From contig JAIRVB010000042.1 in NCBI GenBank assembly GCA_031254105.1, positions 1 through 38,175 on the forward strand: a stretch of DNA of 38,175 nucleotides, read 5' to 3'. This document shows positions 8,736-18,664 of the stretch, piece by piece (the first letter of the stretch is position 1; every line of letters begins with the position of its first letter). A program made the translations under genes and the position numbers. This stretch comes from Chitinispirillales bacterium (GTDB lineage: Bacteria; Fibrobacterota; Chitinivibrionia; Chitinivibrionales; Chitinispirillaceae). The notes beneath the pieces were generated by a model, which saw nothing but the letters and a program-made list of their open reading frames with translations, had not been told where the DNA came from and ran no database searches.

Positions 8736-10035
8736 TAAAGTACTGTCCGATTTCGATTCGAAACCGGGTGATCTGGAACGGTTGACAGACAGAGCTCTTT
8801 CCAATATAAGAATCGAATACCGCGACAGACGTTTTGTTTTTGAGCTTGTTTACGGCGTGATACGCAACAGGATTTTTCTTGATTATGTGATAAATAAGTT
8901 TATCGTCGGCGAACATAAGCTTGATACTGTGAGACGCATTTTGCAGATCGGCAGCTATCAGATCATTTTTTTAGACAGGGTTCCCGATCATGCGGCCGTA
9001 AACGAATCGGTGAACCTCGCCAAAATGGACCGCGCTACTGAGGCGGCTTCCGGTCTTGTTAACGCGGTGCTGCGAAATGTGATCAAAAACAAGCGCGCTA
9101 TAGCTCTGCCTGACCCCAAAGTTGATCTTTGCGCATATCTTTCAGTTGAGTATTCCCACCCAAAATGGATGATAGAGAGGTGGCTTTCCCGCTACGGCCT
9201 CAGCAATACAAAAAAGATTTTGAGCTTTAACAATGAACGTCCCTCAATTTATCTGCGCCGCAAGATTCACGATATATCACGTCAGCAGTTTGAGTCAGAT
9301 GTGCGCACTCTCTGTGACCAGGCCGCAGGGTACCTCAATTTGTATTACAGAATGAGAAAAGCGCTTGATCCTGAGAATTTACGCCTGTTGCATAACGGTT
9401 TTTGTACGGTACAGGCGCCTTCAAGCGGATGGACAGTTGCGCTTATGGATGTGCGGCCCCGCGATTCTGTAGTTGATCTGTGCAGCGCTCCAGGCGGCAA
9501 ATCCACGCTTATGGCTGAGATAATGGGCGAGTCAGGCTCTGTTTTTGCCTGTGATAAATCGATAAACAGGCTGCGCATGGTTTCCGATACCGCCCGTAAG
9601 CTTAATCTTGTGAATATTCATCCGCTCCTCTGCGACAGCGCGGCTGCGCCTTTTAAAGTAAGTTTTGACAAGGTGCTTCTTGACGCGCCGTGCAGCGCGA
9701 CAGGCGTTCTGCAACGTCATCCCGACGGACGTTTTGTACGCACAGCCTGCGACATAGACAAGATGCACAATATTCAGCGCGGCCTTCTTACATCCGCGGC
9801 AAAACTAACCAAAGAGGGGGGAGTGCTTGTTTACTCAACCTGTTCTTTGGAACCGGAAGAAAATGAGCAGCAGGTGGAGTGGTTTCTTAAGGAACATCCC
9901 GAGTTTACTCTTGAGACACCTCCGGATGCCATTCCAGCTATGTTTATTGACAACAACAACTGCTTGCGCATTACCCCTTTTGAGCATGGCATGGATGGTA
10001 TGTTTGGTGCGAGATTCAGAAAAACCGGTAAATAG
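8638..10035 (+). CDS. rsmB: 16S rRNA (cytosine967-C5)-methyltransferase RsmB/Sun. The conserved NusB-like N-terminus begins at the 4th repeat ATG (8713); the first in-frame ATG (8638) overlaps the fmt stop as ATGA.
   Basis: A NusB-like N-domain is followed by a SAM-MTase with CSAPGGKST and VYSTCSLEPEENE motifs. The gene sits directly downstream of fmt, as in many bacteria. Confidence 0.85.
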   Translation: MNTRRTKSMNTHTRRTKMNTRQTKSMNTREFVLKVLSDFDSKPGDLERLTDRALSNIRIEYRDRRFVFELVYGVIRNRIFLDYVINKFIVGEHKLDTVRRILQIGSYQIIFLDRVPDHAAVNESVNLAKMDRATEAASGLVNAVLRNVIKNKRAIALPDPKVDLCAYLSVEYSHPKWMIERWLSRYGLSNTKKILSFNNERPSIYLRRKIHDISRQQFESDVRTLCDQAAGYLNLYYRMRKALDPENLRLLHNGFCTVQAPSSGWTVALMDVRPRDSVVDLCSAPGGKSTLMAEIMGESGSVFACDKSINRLRMVSDTARKLNLVNIHPLLCDSAAAPFKVSFDKVLLDAPCSATGVLQRHPDGRFVRTACDIDKMHNIQRGLLTSAAKLTKEGGVLVYSTCSLEPEENEQQVEWFLKEHPEFTLETPPDAIPAMFIDNNNCLRITPFEHGMDGMFGARFRKTGK

Positions 10036-10065
10036 TAAATAATCTGAAAACTTGGAGAGCTATAG

Positions 10066-11544
10066 ATGCAAATTCAGGAAAAGGTACGTGTGCGTTTCGC
10101 CCCTTCACCCACAGGATACCTCCACATAGGCGGGGCGCGCAGCGCGCTTTTTAATTATCTGTTCGCCAGGCGCTGGGGCGGCAGTTTTCTTTTACGTATC
10201 GAAGATACCGACCGCACCCGCTTTGTTGAGGGCGCTCTCAATGAGATATACGACAGTTTACGCTGGCTTGGTCTTGATTGGGATGAGGGGCCGCAAAAGG
10301 GGGGTGAGTGCGGGCCCTATGTGCAGTCGGAGCGTATTAACATCTACAATAAAAGAGCTGATGAGCTGTTAGAGTCAGGGCATGCGTACCGCTGCTTCTG
10401 CACACCGGAGAGACTCGCGGCACTAAGGGAGAGTCAGGAGAAGAGCGGTGGTCTCACAGGTTACGACCGTTACTGCCGTGATCTGTCTTCAGAAGAGATT
10501 GAGCGAAATTTAAAAGATAATGTTCCTTTTGTAATCCGCTTCAAAATTCCTTTGGGGCGCGCAGTCATTTTTGAAGATCTTATAAGAGGACGCATTGAGT
10601 ACCAGAGTGACGTTCTTGATGATTTGGTATTGATAAAAACCGATAAGTTCCCAACTTACCACATGGCAAATGTGGTGGATGATCATGAGATGAAAATTAC
10701 CCATGTTCTGCGCGGAGACGAATGGATAACCTCTACGCCGCGCCACGTTCTGCTTTATGAAGCGTTTGGATGGAAAACGCCCGCGTTCGCTCACTTGCCT
10801 GTAATATTATCACCCGATGGCGGCAAGCTCTCAAAGCGCAAGGGAGCCGCTTCGGTGATGGATTATAAACGCGGCGGTTTTTTGCCTGAGGCGCTGTTTA
10901 ATTTTCTCGCGCTTCTTGGCTGGGCTCCGGGGGACGACAGGGAGAAGATGAGCCGTGAAGACCTCATAGCCGCTTTCTCTCTTGAACATGTATCGCCAAA
11001 AGCTGCCGTACTTGATGAAAAGAAACTTGAGTGGATGAACGGGCTTTATATGGCGGAGGCGCCTTCGTCAATACTTATAAAAGAAGTTATGCCTGTATGG
11101 AAGGAGCGCGGGTGGATCAGCGCCGGCTCCTCAGAAACCGATTCTAATCTTCTTAAAATTATTGATATGATGAAAATCCGCTCAAAACGCGTAACGGAGC
11201 TTGCGCAGAACACCTCATATTTCTTTGTTGATCCTGCAGAATATGAAGAAAAGGCTGTAAAGAAAAACTTTAAGCCGCAAGCCGCGGAACGTCTTTCTTA
11301 CCTTACGAAAGAACTTGAAACCGCGTCAGATTTTGCTCATCAGAAACTTGAAGAATTGTTTCGTAATATCGCTGAAAATCAAGACCTTAAGACTGGCGAT
11401 CTTATCCATCCTGTAAGGCTTGCGATAAGCGGGGTAAGTTTTGGGCCGGGGCTGTTTGAGCTTATGGAAGCTTTGGGTAAAGAGGCGGTTTTAAGGAGAA
11501 TTAAGAGAGCGGTTGAGTTTATATCCTCGAATCCGGCTGGGTAA
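10066..11544 (+). CDS. gltX: glutamyl-tRNA synthetase
   Basis: RFAPSPTGYLHIGGARSALFNY is the HIGH-class motif. KLSKRKG is the KMSKS motif. Length is 492 aa. Confidence 0.9.
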   Translation: MQIQEKVRVRFAPSPTGYLHIGGARSALFNYLFARRWGGSFLLRIEDTDRTRFVEGALNEIYDSLRWLGLDWDEGPQKGGECGPYVQSERINIYNKRADELLESGHAYRCFCTPERLAALRESQEKSGGLTGYDRYCRDLSSEEIERNLKDNVPFVIRFKIPLGRAVIFEDLIRGRIEYQSDVLDDLVLIKTDKFPTYHMANVVDDHEMKITHVLRGDEWITSTPRHVLLYEAFGWKTPAFAHLPVILSPDGGKLSKRKGAASVMDYKRGGFLPEALFNFLALLGWAPGDDREKMSREDLIAAFSLEHVSPKAAVLDEKKLEWMNGLYMAEAPSSILIKEVMPVWKERGWISAGSSETDSNLLKIIDMMKIRSKRVTELAQNTSYFFVDPAEYEEKAVKKNFKPQAAERLSYLTKELETASDFAHQKLEELFRNIAENQDLKTGDLIHPVRLAISGVSFGPGLFELMEALGKEAVLRRIKRAVEFISSNPAG

Positions 11545-11830
11545 TTGGGCAATTTCTATCTTTTGCCGTACCATGATTGAAGAAGAGGGACAATCTCAAG
11601 GGTAACTTCGGATATAGACATACTTGAAGAAGAATATCTTAAACAGTTGAATGAAGAAGCTCAAAAATCAGATTCCAGAGTTTTCCTTAAAGCAGCATTG
11701 CAAGTAGATTACAGAGCGCTTGAAACAATTGTATGAATAGAGTCCTTCAATCTTTTTTAGAGGAACATAGAAAAGATTTTGACCTGTCTTCAATAAAAGA
11801 AAATTCTGCGTTAGAAAGGAAATCATAAAA

Positions 11831-12703
11831 ATGAACACTTACCATTCCACTTACACTAAACAAAGGAATCCTCAGATGAATCAAAATCATGTTTCTGAAT
11901 CACCCGGGTTTGCAAAAATCGGAATAATAATCGGAACTGCAATCGTCATTTTGGTTGGGTTGGCGTATTGTACGTTCTATATTGTAAGGGCGGGAGAAAA
12001 AGCAATCCTTTTTACGTTCGGAGAAATTGTCGCTATACGTGATGAAGGGCTGCATGTTAGGATCCCGTTTGTTCAGACTGTACAAAAAATCAGTACCCGA
12101 ACGCAAAAAGCGGAGGTTCCCGTAGTAGCGGCATCTAAAAATATGCAGACTGTTTCGGGGAAACTATCGCTCAACTTTCGCTTAGATCCGGATAGAATTG
12201 ACTCGTTATACAAAAAGGTCGGGTTAAATTATTCAGACAAAATCATATTTCCGCGAATGCAGGAGACTTTTAAAGCAATGTCGGCACAATATGTTGCAGA
12301 AGAATTATTAACCAAAAGAGAAGACGTTAGAAACGATATACAAAAGAGATTAAAAAATCAGTTGGCTGAATATTACATAGTTGTGAACGAGGGGGATGTA
12401 CAGATAACAGATTTTGATTTTAGTCCCGAATATAACAAGGCGATAGAAGAAAAACAAGTGGCCGAACAGCTGGCGCAAAAAGCGTTATACGAAAAGACCC
12501 GCGCCCAAACAGAAGGAGAGACACGTATTATCCATGCGCAAGCTGAGGCAACGGCTATTGAAATCCAAACGAAAGCAATCCAATCTCAGGGCGGCAAGGA
12601 GTATGTAAATCTAAAAGCAATTGAAAAATGGAACGGCGCACTTCCTGCATATAACGGAGGCGCATTGCCGTTTGTACAGATTCCAAGCAATAAGATGCAG
12701 TAG
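11831..12703 (+). CDS. SPFH/band-7 (prohibitin/HflC-like) membrane protein
   Basis: An N-terminal TM helix (IGIIIGTAIVILVGLAY) is followed by an SPFH core and a coiled-coil A/E/Q-rich C-terminus. Confidence 0.75.
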   Translation: MNTYHSTYTKQRNPQMNQNHVSESPGFAKIGIIIGTAIVILVGLAYCTFYIVRAGEKAILFTFGEIVAIRDEGLHVRIPFVQTVQKISTRTQKAEVPVVAASKNMQTVSGKLSLNFRLDPDRIDSLYKKVGLNYSDKIIFPRMQETFKAMSAQYVAEELLTKREDVRNDIQKRLKNQLAEYYIVVNEGDVQITDFDFSPEYNKAIEEKQVAEQLAQKALYEKTRAQTEGETRIIHAQAEATAIEIQTKAIQSQGGKEYVNLKAIEKWNGALPAYNGGALPFVQIPSNKMQ

Positions 12704-12728
12704 AATATCTTCTTAAAAAGGATTAAGC

Positions 12729-12941
12729 ATGGACTTATTTACAATGCTCATAGGACTAATTGCGCTTGCGTGTTGGATATCCGTTATTATTCTAAATGTG
12801 AGATGTCGGCGGATCGAATCTGGAATAAATATTAACGGCCATGCAATCCAGTTAATTAATATTCCGCCTTTTGGGCCACATTATGAAGTTGGTGATACTG
12901 AAAGAATTTTCAAAACACTGAAAAAAGCAAAATATTTGTAA
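12729..12941 (+). CDS. small hypothetical membrane protein (70 aa)
   Basis: The ORF sits 25 bp after the SPFH gene and has one hydrophobic helix (MLIGLIALACWISVIIL). Confidence 0.35.
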   Translation: MDLFTMLIGLIALACWISVIILNVRCRRIESGININGHAIQLINIPPFGPHYEVGDTERIFKTLKKAKYL

Positions 12942-13070
12942 AGAGTCTGGAAAATGAAAAAATATTTATTTATGATATGTTGATACTGTCAATATTTTTT
13001 CAAAAAGTCTCAACTTTTGTGTAAACTTCCGATATAGATTATATTCACTGGTTATTGAGCGGGGGATCTC

Positions 13071-16000
13071 TTATTTATTTATATTTTGACCTCTCCCAAC
13101 AAAAGCTTTCGCCGCCCTGATAGCCGCGGGCGGATCCATTTTCTCATCATATTTGTTCCAAATCCTCTCAAGCTTTGTTGTATCATTGAGCACGGCAGAG
13201 GCGGCAAAGAGAGATGTGATAAGCATCTGATTACTGTAATGATCGGAAATAGAATCCGCGGGCAAAAGCTCTATGGAGAGCCGCCGGATCTCCGGTATGT
13301 TATAGACGCAAAGAGCCTTAAAATAGTCGATCCATTCCATTTCATCATCAGAAAAATCCCAACGTGAGATTTTCATCTCAATCACATCCCAAACCTCTCT
13401 CATCTCATCGGCGCTTAGGTACGGCAGGGTCTTTTGTAAAATCTGTATGATTGCGCTTTGTATCTGCGAGAAGGTAACCTTGTGCGGGCGGGCATAAGTG
13501 TAATCAAGAATAAAAACCGAGCCGCTTATATTTTCTCTTGAGCTGTCATCATCCCGGCCGCTTATTATAAGCTGCTGAGAGAGAAGCTTTGCGTTTTGAA
13601 TCTCTATCATATTATAAATATCCGGCAGCAGTCTTGATGGACTGAGGCTCATATAACTTGTGTCGCCGAAGACGATTCTTCTTACAGGGATAATAAAATC
13701 TCTGATATGGTCAATTTCACTGATGTGGCTGCCCATAAAGCGCTTTCCAGCCGCGTAAAGGTCTACATAAGAGTGATAATCGCTGTTCGCGGGGGTATCA
13801 TAGGTATTTATGAGCGCGTTTAAAAAATCCTGATTCGCGTAATTTATTAACTTGAAATCATCCAACCCCGAAAAACCCATCTTTGCTAAGTTTTCGGCCA
13901 TAGGCGCTATCGCGAAAACATCTCTTTTAAGGCTGATATCAGTAGAGCTGTCGGGGCCCGCGATTATCAGAAGGTCTGAACCTACGGTATACATTTCGTA
14001 TACAGGAAAAGACTGGGCAAGCGCCTTGAGAATTGATACTAAAATTGTAATATCCGCTTCATATTTATGAAACCACTGAACTAAAATTCCATTATCGTTT
14101 AAATGATTGCGTATGTGATCAAAGAACTCTTTTGAAAACAGGCTTGAGACCCCGCTTACCCAGGGATTTGACGGTTCGGAGACAATAACATCGTATGTTC
14201 GGTTTTGAGCGGAGAAAAAAGTTTTAGCGTCTTCTATGTAAATGTTGCAGCGCGGGTCGTTAAAGGTATTCTCTACCTTGGGGCCGATTCTTTTAGCAAG
14301 CTTTACCATGGCGGGTTCAATCTCTACTACGTCAAGCTGCTGAATATCCGGATCGTAAAGCATGTAGTGCGCGGTCATGCCCGCGCCCATTCCTATAACA
14401 GCGGCCCGTTTTGTTTCAAAGCGTACGCTTAACGGCAAGACTCCAAGAAGCGCCATTGTATATTCATCGCTGCTGAACTCTTCACCCGTACCCACGCTTG
14501 CGTCAGGTTTGCCGTTTGTGGACAAAACTAGGTTATCGACGCCAGATCTGAAAAGTGTAATTGAGGCGGTTCTTCCATCCTTGTGTTCTACTATTCTTTT
14601 GGATTTTGATACCGCTATTGTACCGTAACGAAAAACCCCTGAAGAGATAAGTCCAAGGTCTACTTTGGAAAACGCGAACGCCGCAAGTAGAATCATAACG
14701 CACATGGGCTGCATTACGGTTCTAAGCAGACTCTCCCGCGTTTCGCTGAAGCGGTAAAGAATATAAAGTCCAAGCGCCATATCAATGGCCCCGCCGGCGA
14801 TGATAAGATACTTTAATCCGACAAGCGGCATAAGAATCCACACTGCCGCTGCCACTCCGGCAATGCCGCCAAATGTATTTACAGCGTATACTTTACCTAT
14901 AGACTGCTCGCCGAATCCATTTTTGTAAAGCATGTGTATAATGAGCGGAATAACCATTCCGGCGCATATGGTTGATGGGAGCATGATTATCATACAAATA
15001 ACATGGCTCATTATGTTGAAAAGCAGATATCCTTCGCTGCTTTTAGCAAGTCCGTCAAGCGTAAAGGCCATAAAGCCGAACATGCTGCCGTAGGTAAAAA
15101 GCGTTGCTAACGCGCTTGCGCCCATTATTATCTGCACTAAACCTAAAAAGCGCGGAGCGTTTTGAATTGTGTCAAGTTTGTTCCTTACAAAGAAACTCCC
15201 CAGAGCAAGCCCAAGAATAAAAGCGCTGAGCATAAGCTCAAAGGAGTGCGTGGAGCTTCCAAGCACAATGCTTAACATGCGTATCCAGCCGATTTCGTAT
15301 ATAAAGGAGGAGGCGGCGGTTATGGCGGATATCCACATCAGCGGATAATAAAGAGCGCGTTTGTCGGCGGGCAAAATAATTTTTGGCAGTACAGGGGGAG
15401 CTTGCGGAGGGGGCGGGGTATCGCCGCTGCCGCTCTCCTCCCCAACTGAAGTCTTGGCAGGGAAGCGTTCTTTTAGACAGAGAAGCATCACGCAAACGCC
15501 CACAAATAGATCTAAAATTCCCGCTGAGATGATCGCGCCCTTAAGCCCCCAGATTTTTACTAAATAAAATCCGCTGACAAGCACTCCAAGAGACGCTCCC
15601 ATTGTATTTACAAAATATATGACAGACGTTTTATATCCGCTAAGCCCCGGAAAACCTCTCAGTATCCCTCCCGCCATAAGCGGAAAAGTCGCTCCGAGCA
15701 GCATTGATTGAGGTAAAATTATAAGAGACGCCGTAAACCACTTGTATAAGGCGATAGGCAGCGGTTTATTGAGCGCCGGTATTATCACCGAAAAAGAAAC
15801 ATCCAGATATCTGATAAAAATATCATGAAAAACAAGCGCGCTTATTCCAAGAGCTACCTCAACAACCGCGTAAACCATAAGCAGATTGCGAAACTTTGAC
15901 GCACGGGCCGCGGCAAGCCATGACCCAAGAGCCATGCCTCCCATGTAAATAACAAGCACCAGAGTTTGGGAATACGCCGCGTGCCCCAGAAACTGCTTGA

Positions 16001-16112
16001 GGTACTGAGACCAAATCGACTCGTAGATAAGCCCGGAAATTCCGGAAATAAAGAAGAGGCAGAAGTACAGATATGCCAGGGGCTGGCTTTTTTGTGTTTG
16101 CATTTGTTGCAT
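13071..16112 (-). CDS. polyamine aminopropyltransferase (spermidine synthase)-like protein fused to an N-terminal multi-TM domain, with a C-terminal extension of about 350 aa
   Basis: About 12 predicted TM helices occupy the first roughly 500 aa. The SpeE-like core shows VVEIEPAMVKLA and DVIVSEPSNPW motifs. Length is 1013 aa. Confidence 0.75.
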   Translation of the reverse strand: MQQMQTQKSQPLAYLYFCLFFISGISGLIYESIWSQYLKQFLGHAAYSQTLVLVIYMGGMALGSWLAAARASKFRNLLMVYAVVEVALGISALVFHDIFIRYLDVSFSVIIPALNKPLPIALYKWFTASLIILPQSMLLGATFPLMAGGILRGFPGLSGYKTSVIYFVNTMGASLGVLVSGFYLVKIWGLKGAIISAGILDLFVGVCVMLLCLKERFPAKTSVGEESGSGDTPPPPQAPPVLPKIILPADKRALYYPLMWISAITAASSFIYEIGWIRMLSIVLGSSTHSFELMLSAFILGLALGSFFVRNKLDTIQNAPRFLGLVQIIMGASALATLFTYGSMFGFMAFTLDGLAKSSEGYLLFNIMSHVICMIIMLPSTICAGMVIPLIIHMLYKNGFGEQSIGKVYAVNTFGGIAGVAAAVWILMPLVGLKYLIIAGGAIDMALGLYILYRFSETRESLLRTVMQPMCVMILLAAFAFSKVDLGLISSGVFRYGTIAVSKSKRIVEHKDGRTASITLFRSGVDNLVLSTNGKPDASVGTGEEFSSDEYTMALLGVLPLSVRFETKRAAVIGMGAGMTAHYMLYDPDIQQLDVVEIEPAMVKLAKRIGPKVENTFNDPRCNIYIEDAKTFFSAQNRTYDVIVSEPSNPWVSGVSSLFSKEFFDHIRNHLNDNGILVQWFHKYEADITILVSILKALAQSFPVYEMYTVGSDLLIIAGPDSSTDISLKRDVFAIAPMAENLAKMGFSGLDDFKLINYANQDFLNALINTYDTPANSDYHSYVDLYAAGKRFMGSHISEIDHIRDFIIPVRRIVFGDTSYMSLSPSRLLPDIYNMIEIQNAKLLSQQLIISGRDDDSSRENISGSVFILDYTYARPHKVTFSQIQSAIIQILQKTLPYLSADEMREVWDVIEMKISRWDFSDDEMEWIDYFKALCVYNIPEIRRLSIELLPADSISDHYSNQMLITSLFAASAVLNDTTKLERIWNKYDEKMDPPAAIRAAKAFVGRGQNINK

Positions 16113-16237
16113 TATTGATTACAACCTTTTTTCCATTAATCTGATTAAGAGTGATACCGAAAGGAAAGCGTGATAGAGAAAAATACATAATTTATGGTTC
16201 AAAGAGTTATATCTCGCTTTTTAAGACATATTGTAAT

Positions 16238-17671
16238 TTATCCGTTGTTTAATTGTTCTTTAAGCCAAATTTCAAAATCAGTTTCGTTTTTGGTTGGGTT
16301 TAGTTTGAAATAATTGTATTTCAAGTAATTATAAGTTTTGATTGTGGCAGGGTGTTTACCTTTAAAGACAATGAGTCTGATTTTATATGATTTTAAAAGT
16401 AATTCCAAAGCCTTATCATAATTGCCTTGGTCTCGATAAATATCTGCCATATTAGAATATGTTTTAGCTACGTAAGGATGTTGCTTGTCAAATACTTTTT
16501 CATTAATTATCAAAACTTCGTTGCAGAGCTCCAAAGCCTTATCATAGTTACCTTGTACATAGTAAACTCCTGCTATATTACTGTAAGTTGCAGTAGTGTT
16601 TGGGTGCTCATTGCCAAGTACTTTTTTGTTAATCTCTAAAGCCTTTTGATACCATTCCAGTGCTTTGGAATAGTCTCTTTGGTCATCGTAGACAAGTGCG
16701 ATATTGTTGTACGTGCTAGCGGTGTTTAAGTGCTCTTTACCAAATACTTTTTCGTGGATTTCTAAAGCCTTCTTATGCCATTTAAGCGCTTCCGCATAGT
16801 TGTTTTGACTATTGTAGACAAGCGCGATATTGTTGTACATGGCGGCGATGTTCGGGTGCTCCTTGTCAAACATTTCTACAGCTTTCATATACCATTCCAG
16901 CGATTTGGTATAGTCTTTCTGATGGTAGTATACGAGTCCAATATTATTATAAGCGGTGATGGTGTCCGGATGCCCCTCCCCAAGCGTTTTTTCACGAATC
17001 GTAAGTATCTGCGTCAACAAAATCAAAGCGTCGTCATAACGGCCGTAATTCGTGTATAATTCCGCTATATTATTAAGTGTCACCGCGGCAGCCAGCAAAC
17101 GGTTCGGTTCTGAATCCAACGGCAACGCCATAAGCTCATCACGCAAATCTTCATATCGCTGCATCTGCTCAAAAGCTTCTTCATAAGAATCGTAATACTT
17201 ACCGGATGGTATATCGCTTATGATTGGTACAGGCAATTCATTTTCGATACCTTCATCCTCAAAATGCGTCTGAATCCTTATGAACGAATACAAATCATAC
17301 GCTATTCTGGATAAACGGTTGTCCGTATCCGGAGTCATGCCGAAAATCCATATACCGTTGATATCAGAAAGCAGATCGCGGCTAAGGTTAAAGTTTACTA
17401 TATCGTTGTCTTCCCGCAGGGCTACCTGCATATTAATGATAAAAAAGATTTTTGCATCCTGATGCATAGCCCATTGCGCAAGCACCCCAAAAGAAAACGG
17501 CGCGTTGTCCCGGCTGTAATCATAAACAGCAACGTTAGGTTTACGGAAATGCTCCGCTACGTATCTTTGCATTTGTGTTGAGGCGGTATAAAGATAGAAC
17601 CCTTTTTGAGCGTTTTCAAGTATCCAACTCAAAGTCTTGAAAGATTCATTGTTGAGAGAGGGCAACATCAC
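16238..17671 (-). CDS. TPR-repeat protein (kinesin-light-chain-type TPR_10/12 repeats) with a non-TPR N-terminal domain of about 190 aa. Start is GTG 17671 or ATG 17668.
   Basis: At least 7 repeats of the 42-aa pattern ...YNNIALVY..QG.Y.KALEWY.KAL.I.EKV.G..HP.TA.TY... are visible. Confidence 0.75.
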   Translation of the reverse strand: MMLPSLNNESFKTLSWILENAQKGFYLYTASTQMQRYVAEHFRKPNVAVYDYSRDNAPFSFGVLAQWAMHQDAKIFFIINMQVALREDNDIVNFNLSRDLLSDINGIWIFGMTPDTDNRLSRIAYDLYSFIRIQTHFEDEGIENELPVPIISDIPSGKYYDSYEEAFEQMQRYEDLRDELMALPLDSEPNRLLAAAVTLNNIAELYTNYGRYDDALILLTQILTIREKTLGEGHPDTITAYNNIGLVYYHQKDYTKSLEWYMKAVEMFDKEHPNIAAMYNNIALVYNSQNNYAEALKWHKKALEIHEKVFGKEHLNTASTYNNIALVYDDQRDYSKALEWYQKALEINKKVLGNEHPNTTATYSNIAGVYYVQGNYDKALELCNEVLIINEKVFDKQHPYVAKTYSNMADIYRDQGNYDKALELLLKSYKIRLIVFKGKHPATIKTYNYLKYNYFKLNPTKNETDFEIWLKEQLNNG

Positions 17672-17913
17672 GGCAATTCACCTTGCTCCTTTAAGAAATC
17701 TTCAATCAGAGGGTGCAGATCATGCCAACGTTCGCCGTTATATTCTAATACAATAAGGCCCTGCATCATATCCAACAGCATTTCCTTGTCTTCTATCACG
17801 CATTTATATTTACTGCCCTCATAAATGTTTTTAAGCATAGGGTAGTTCCTCACTTCAATTCGCCTTGTTAATGAAGAACACAAATTTATTGTCGCCGCTT
17901 TTGCGTCTTCCAT
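17668..17913 (-). CDS. hypothetical 81-aa protein bridging the P-loop ORF and the TPR ORF; possible Walker-B-like KCVIED
   Basis: The ORF overlaps the upstream ORF by 28 nt and the downstream ORF by 4 nt (GTGA), each at -1 relative frame. Confidence 0.4.
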   Translation of the reverse strand: MEDAKAATINLCSSLTRRIEVRNYPMLKNIYEGSKYKCVIEDKEMLLDMMQGLIVLEYNGERWHDLHPLIEDFLKEQGELP

Positions 17914-18332
17914 TTCGATTTTTCAGCAATCTCAAACAGATGCTTTCCAAGCAAAATCAGCAAATCCCAATAGGATACGCCAAGCAAATCCGCTTCAACC
18001 AGACATTGTACAACTGAAACCTTTCGGCCATCCCTTTCAAGTCTTTGCTTAAGTACATTCAGCTCTGTACTCTTGCCGCTGCCTTTGTGTCCTAAAAGCA
18101 GATGCGCGTTTTGCTGTCTGACCAACAGGCATGATTTATAAATGTCATCAATAGGAGATTGATTCTCATCATTCATACGTATTGACATAGTACCATCAAA
18201 ATAAAACTTTTCTAAATCATCTCCATTTAACGGATCAGGCTCAAACACTAACGCGAACTCATTCAAATTTTCCGCATATTTCATATCAAAAATTTCCCCG
18301 ATAAAGAGATGAGCGCGTTTATTCAGAACCAT
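17886..18332 (-). CDS. P-loop NTPase fragment or protein (Walker A LLLGHKGSGKST)
   Basis: A Walker A motif sits about 85 aa from the N-terminus. The ORF ends inside an A5 run where a 1-nt insertion would fuse it in-frame to the next ORF. Confidence 0.5.
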   Translation of the reverse strand: MVLNKRAHLFIGEIFDMKYAENLNEFALVFEPDPLNGDDLEKFYFDGTMSIRMNDENQSPIDDIYKSCLLVRQQNAHLLLGHKGSGKSTELNVLKQRLERDGRKVSVVQCLVEADLLGVSYWDLLILLGKHLFEIAEKSKWKTQKRRQ

Positions 18333-18664
18333 TTCAGGCGCTCTTCAGTTTAAACATAAATATAATGTACGCTGTATTGATATCATGTTTTTTTGTTTAA
18401 TAACCGGAATATATGCTAAAGTTTGCCGGTGAATATAATCAGGGCAATTTGCGTTTTTATATCAAATACAAATTTCTACAGGTAAACAAAATTTTTTGAT
18501 CTCAGTTGAAGTCAGTAAAAAGTCAAAAAACAGATTCACTTCACATTAATTTTGGTATACCTCTTGCTCCATTAAATTACCCAAAAGAGATGTTCTTAAA
18601 AATGAGAAACTCTTGTTTATCGCAACTAATGTTTTTTTGAGTTTATAGGGGAGCATACGCTTTT

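Noticed and set aside
11600-11750. ATG-less open frame encoding ...DIDILEEEYLKQLNEEAQKSDSRVFLKAALQVDYRALETIV* between gltX and the SPFH gene
   Set aside because: It is protein-like in composition but lacks an ATG or GTG start with an RBS. It is at most a gene remnant or a TTG-initiated 29-aa peptide, with too little evidence to call.
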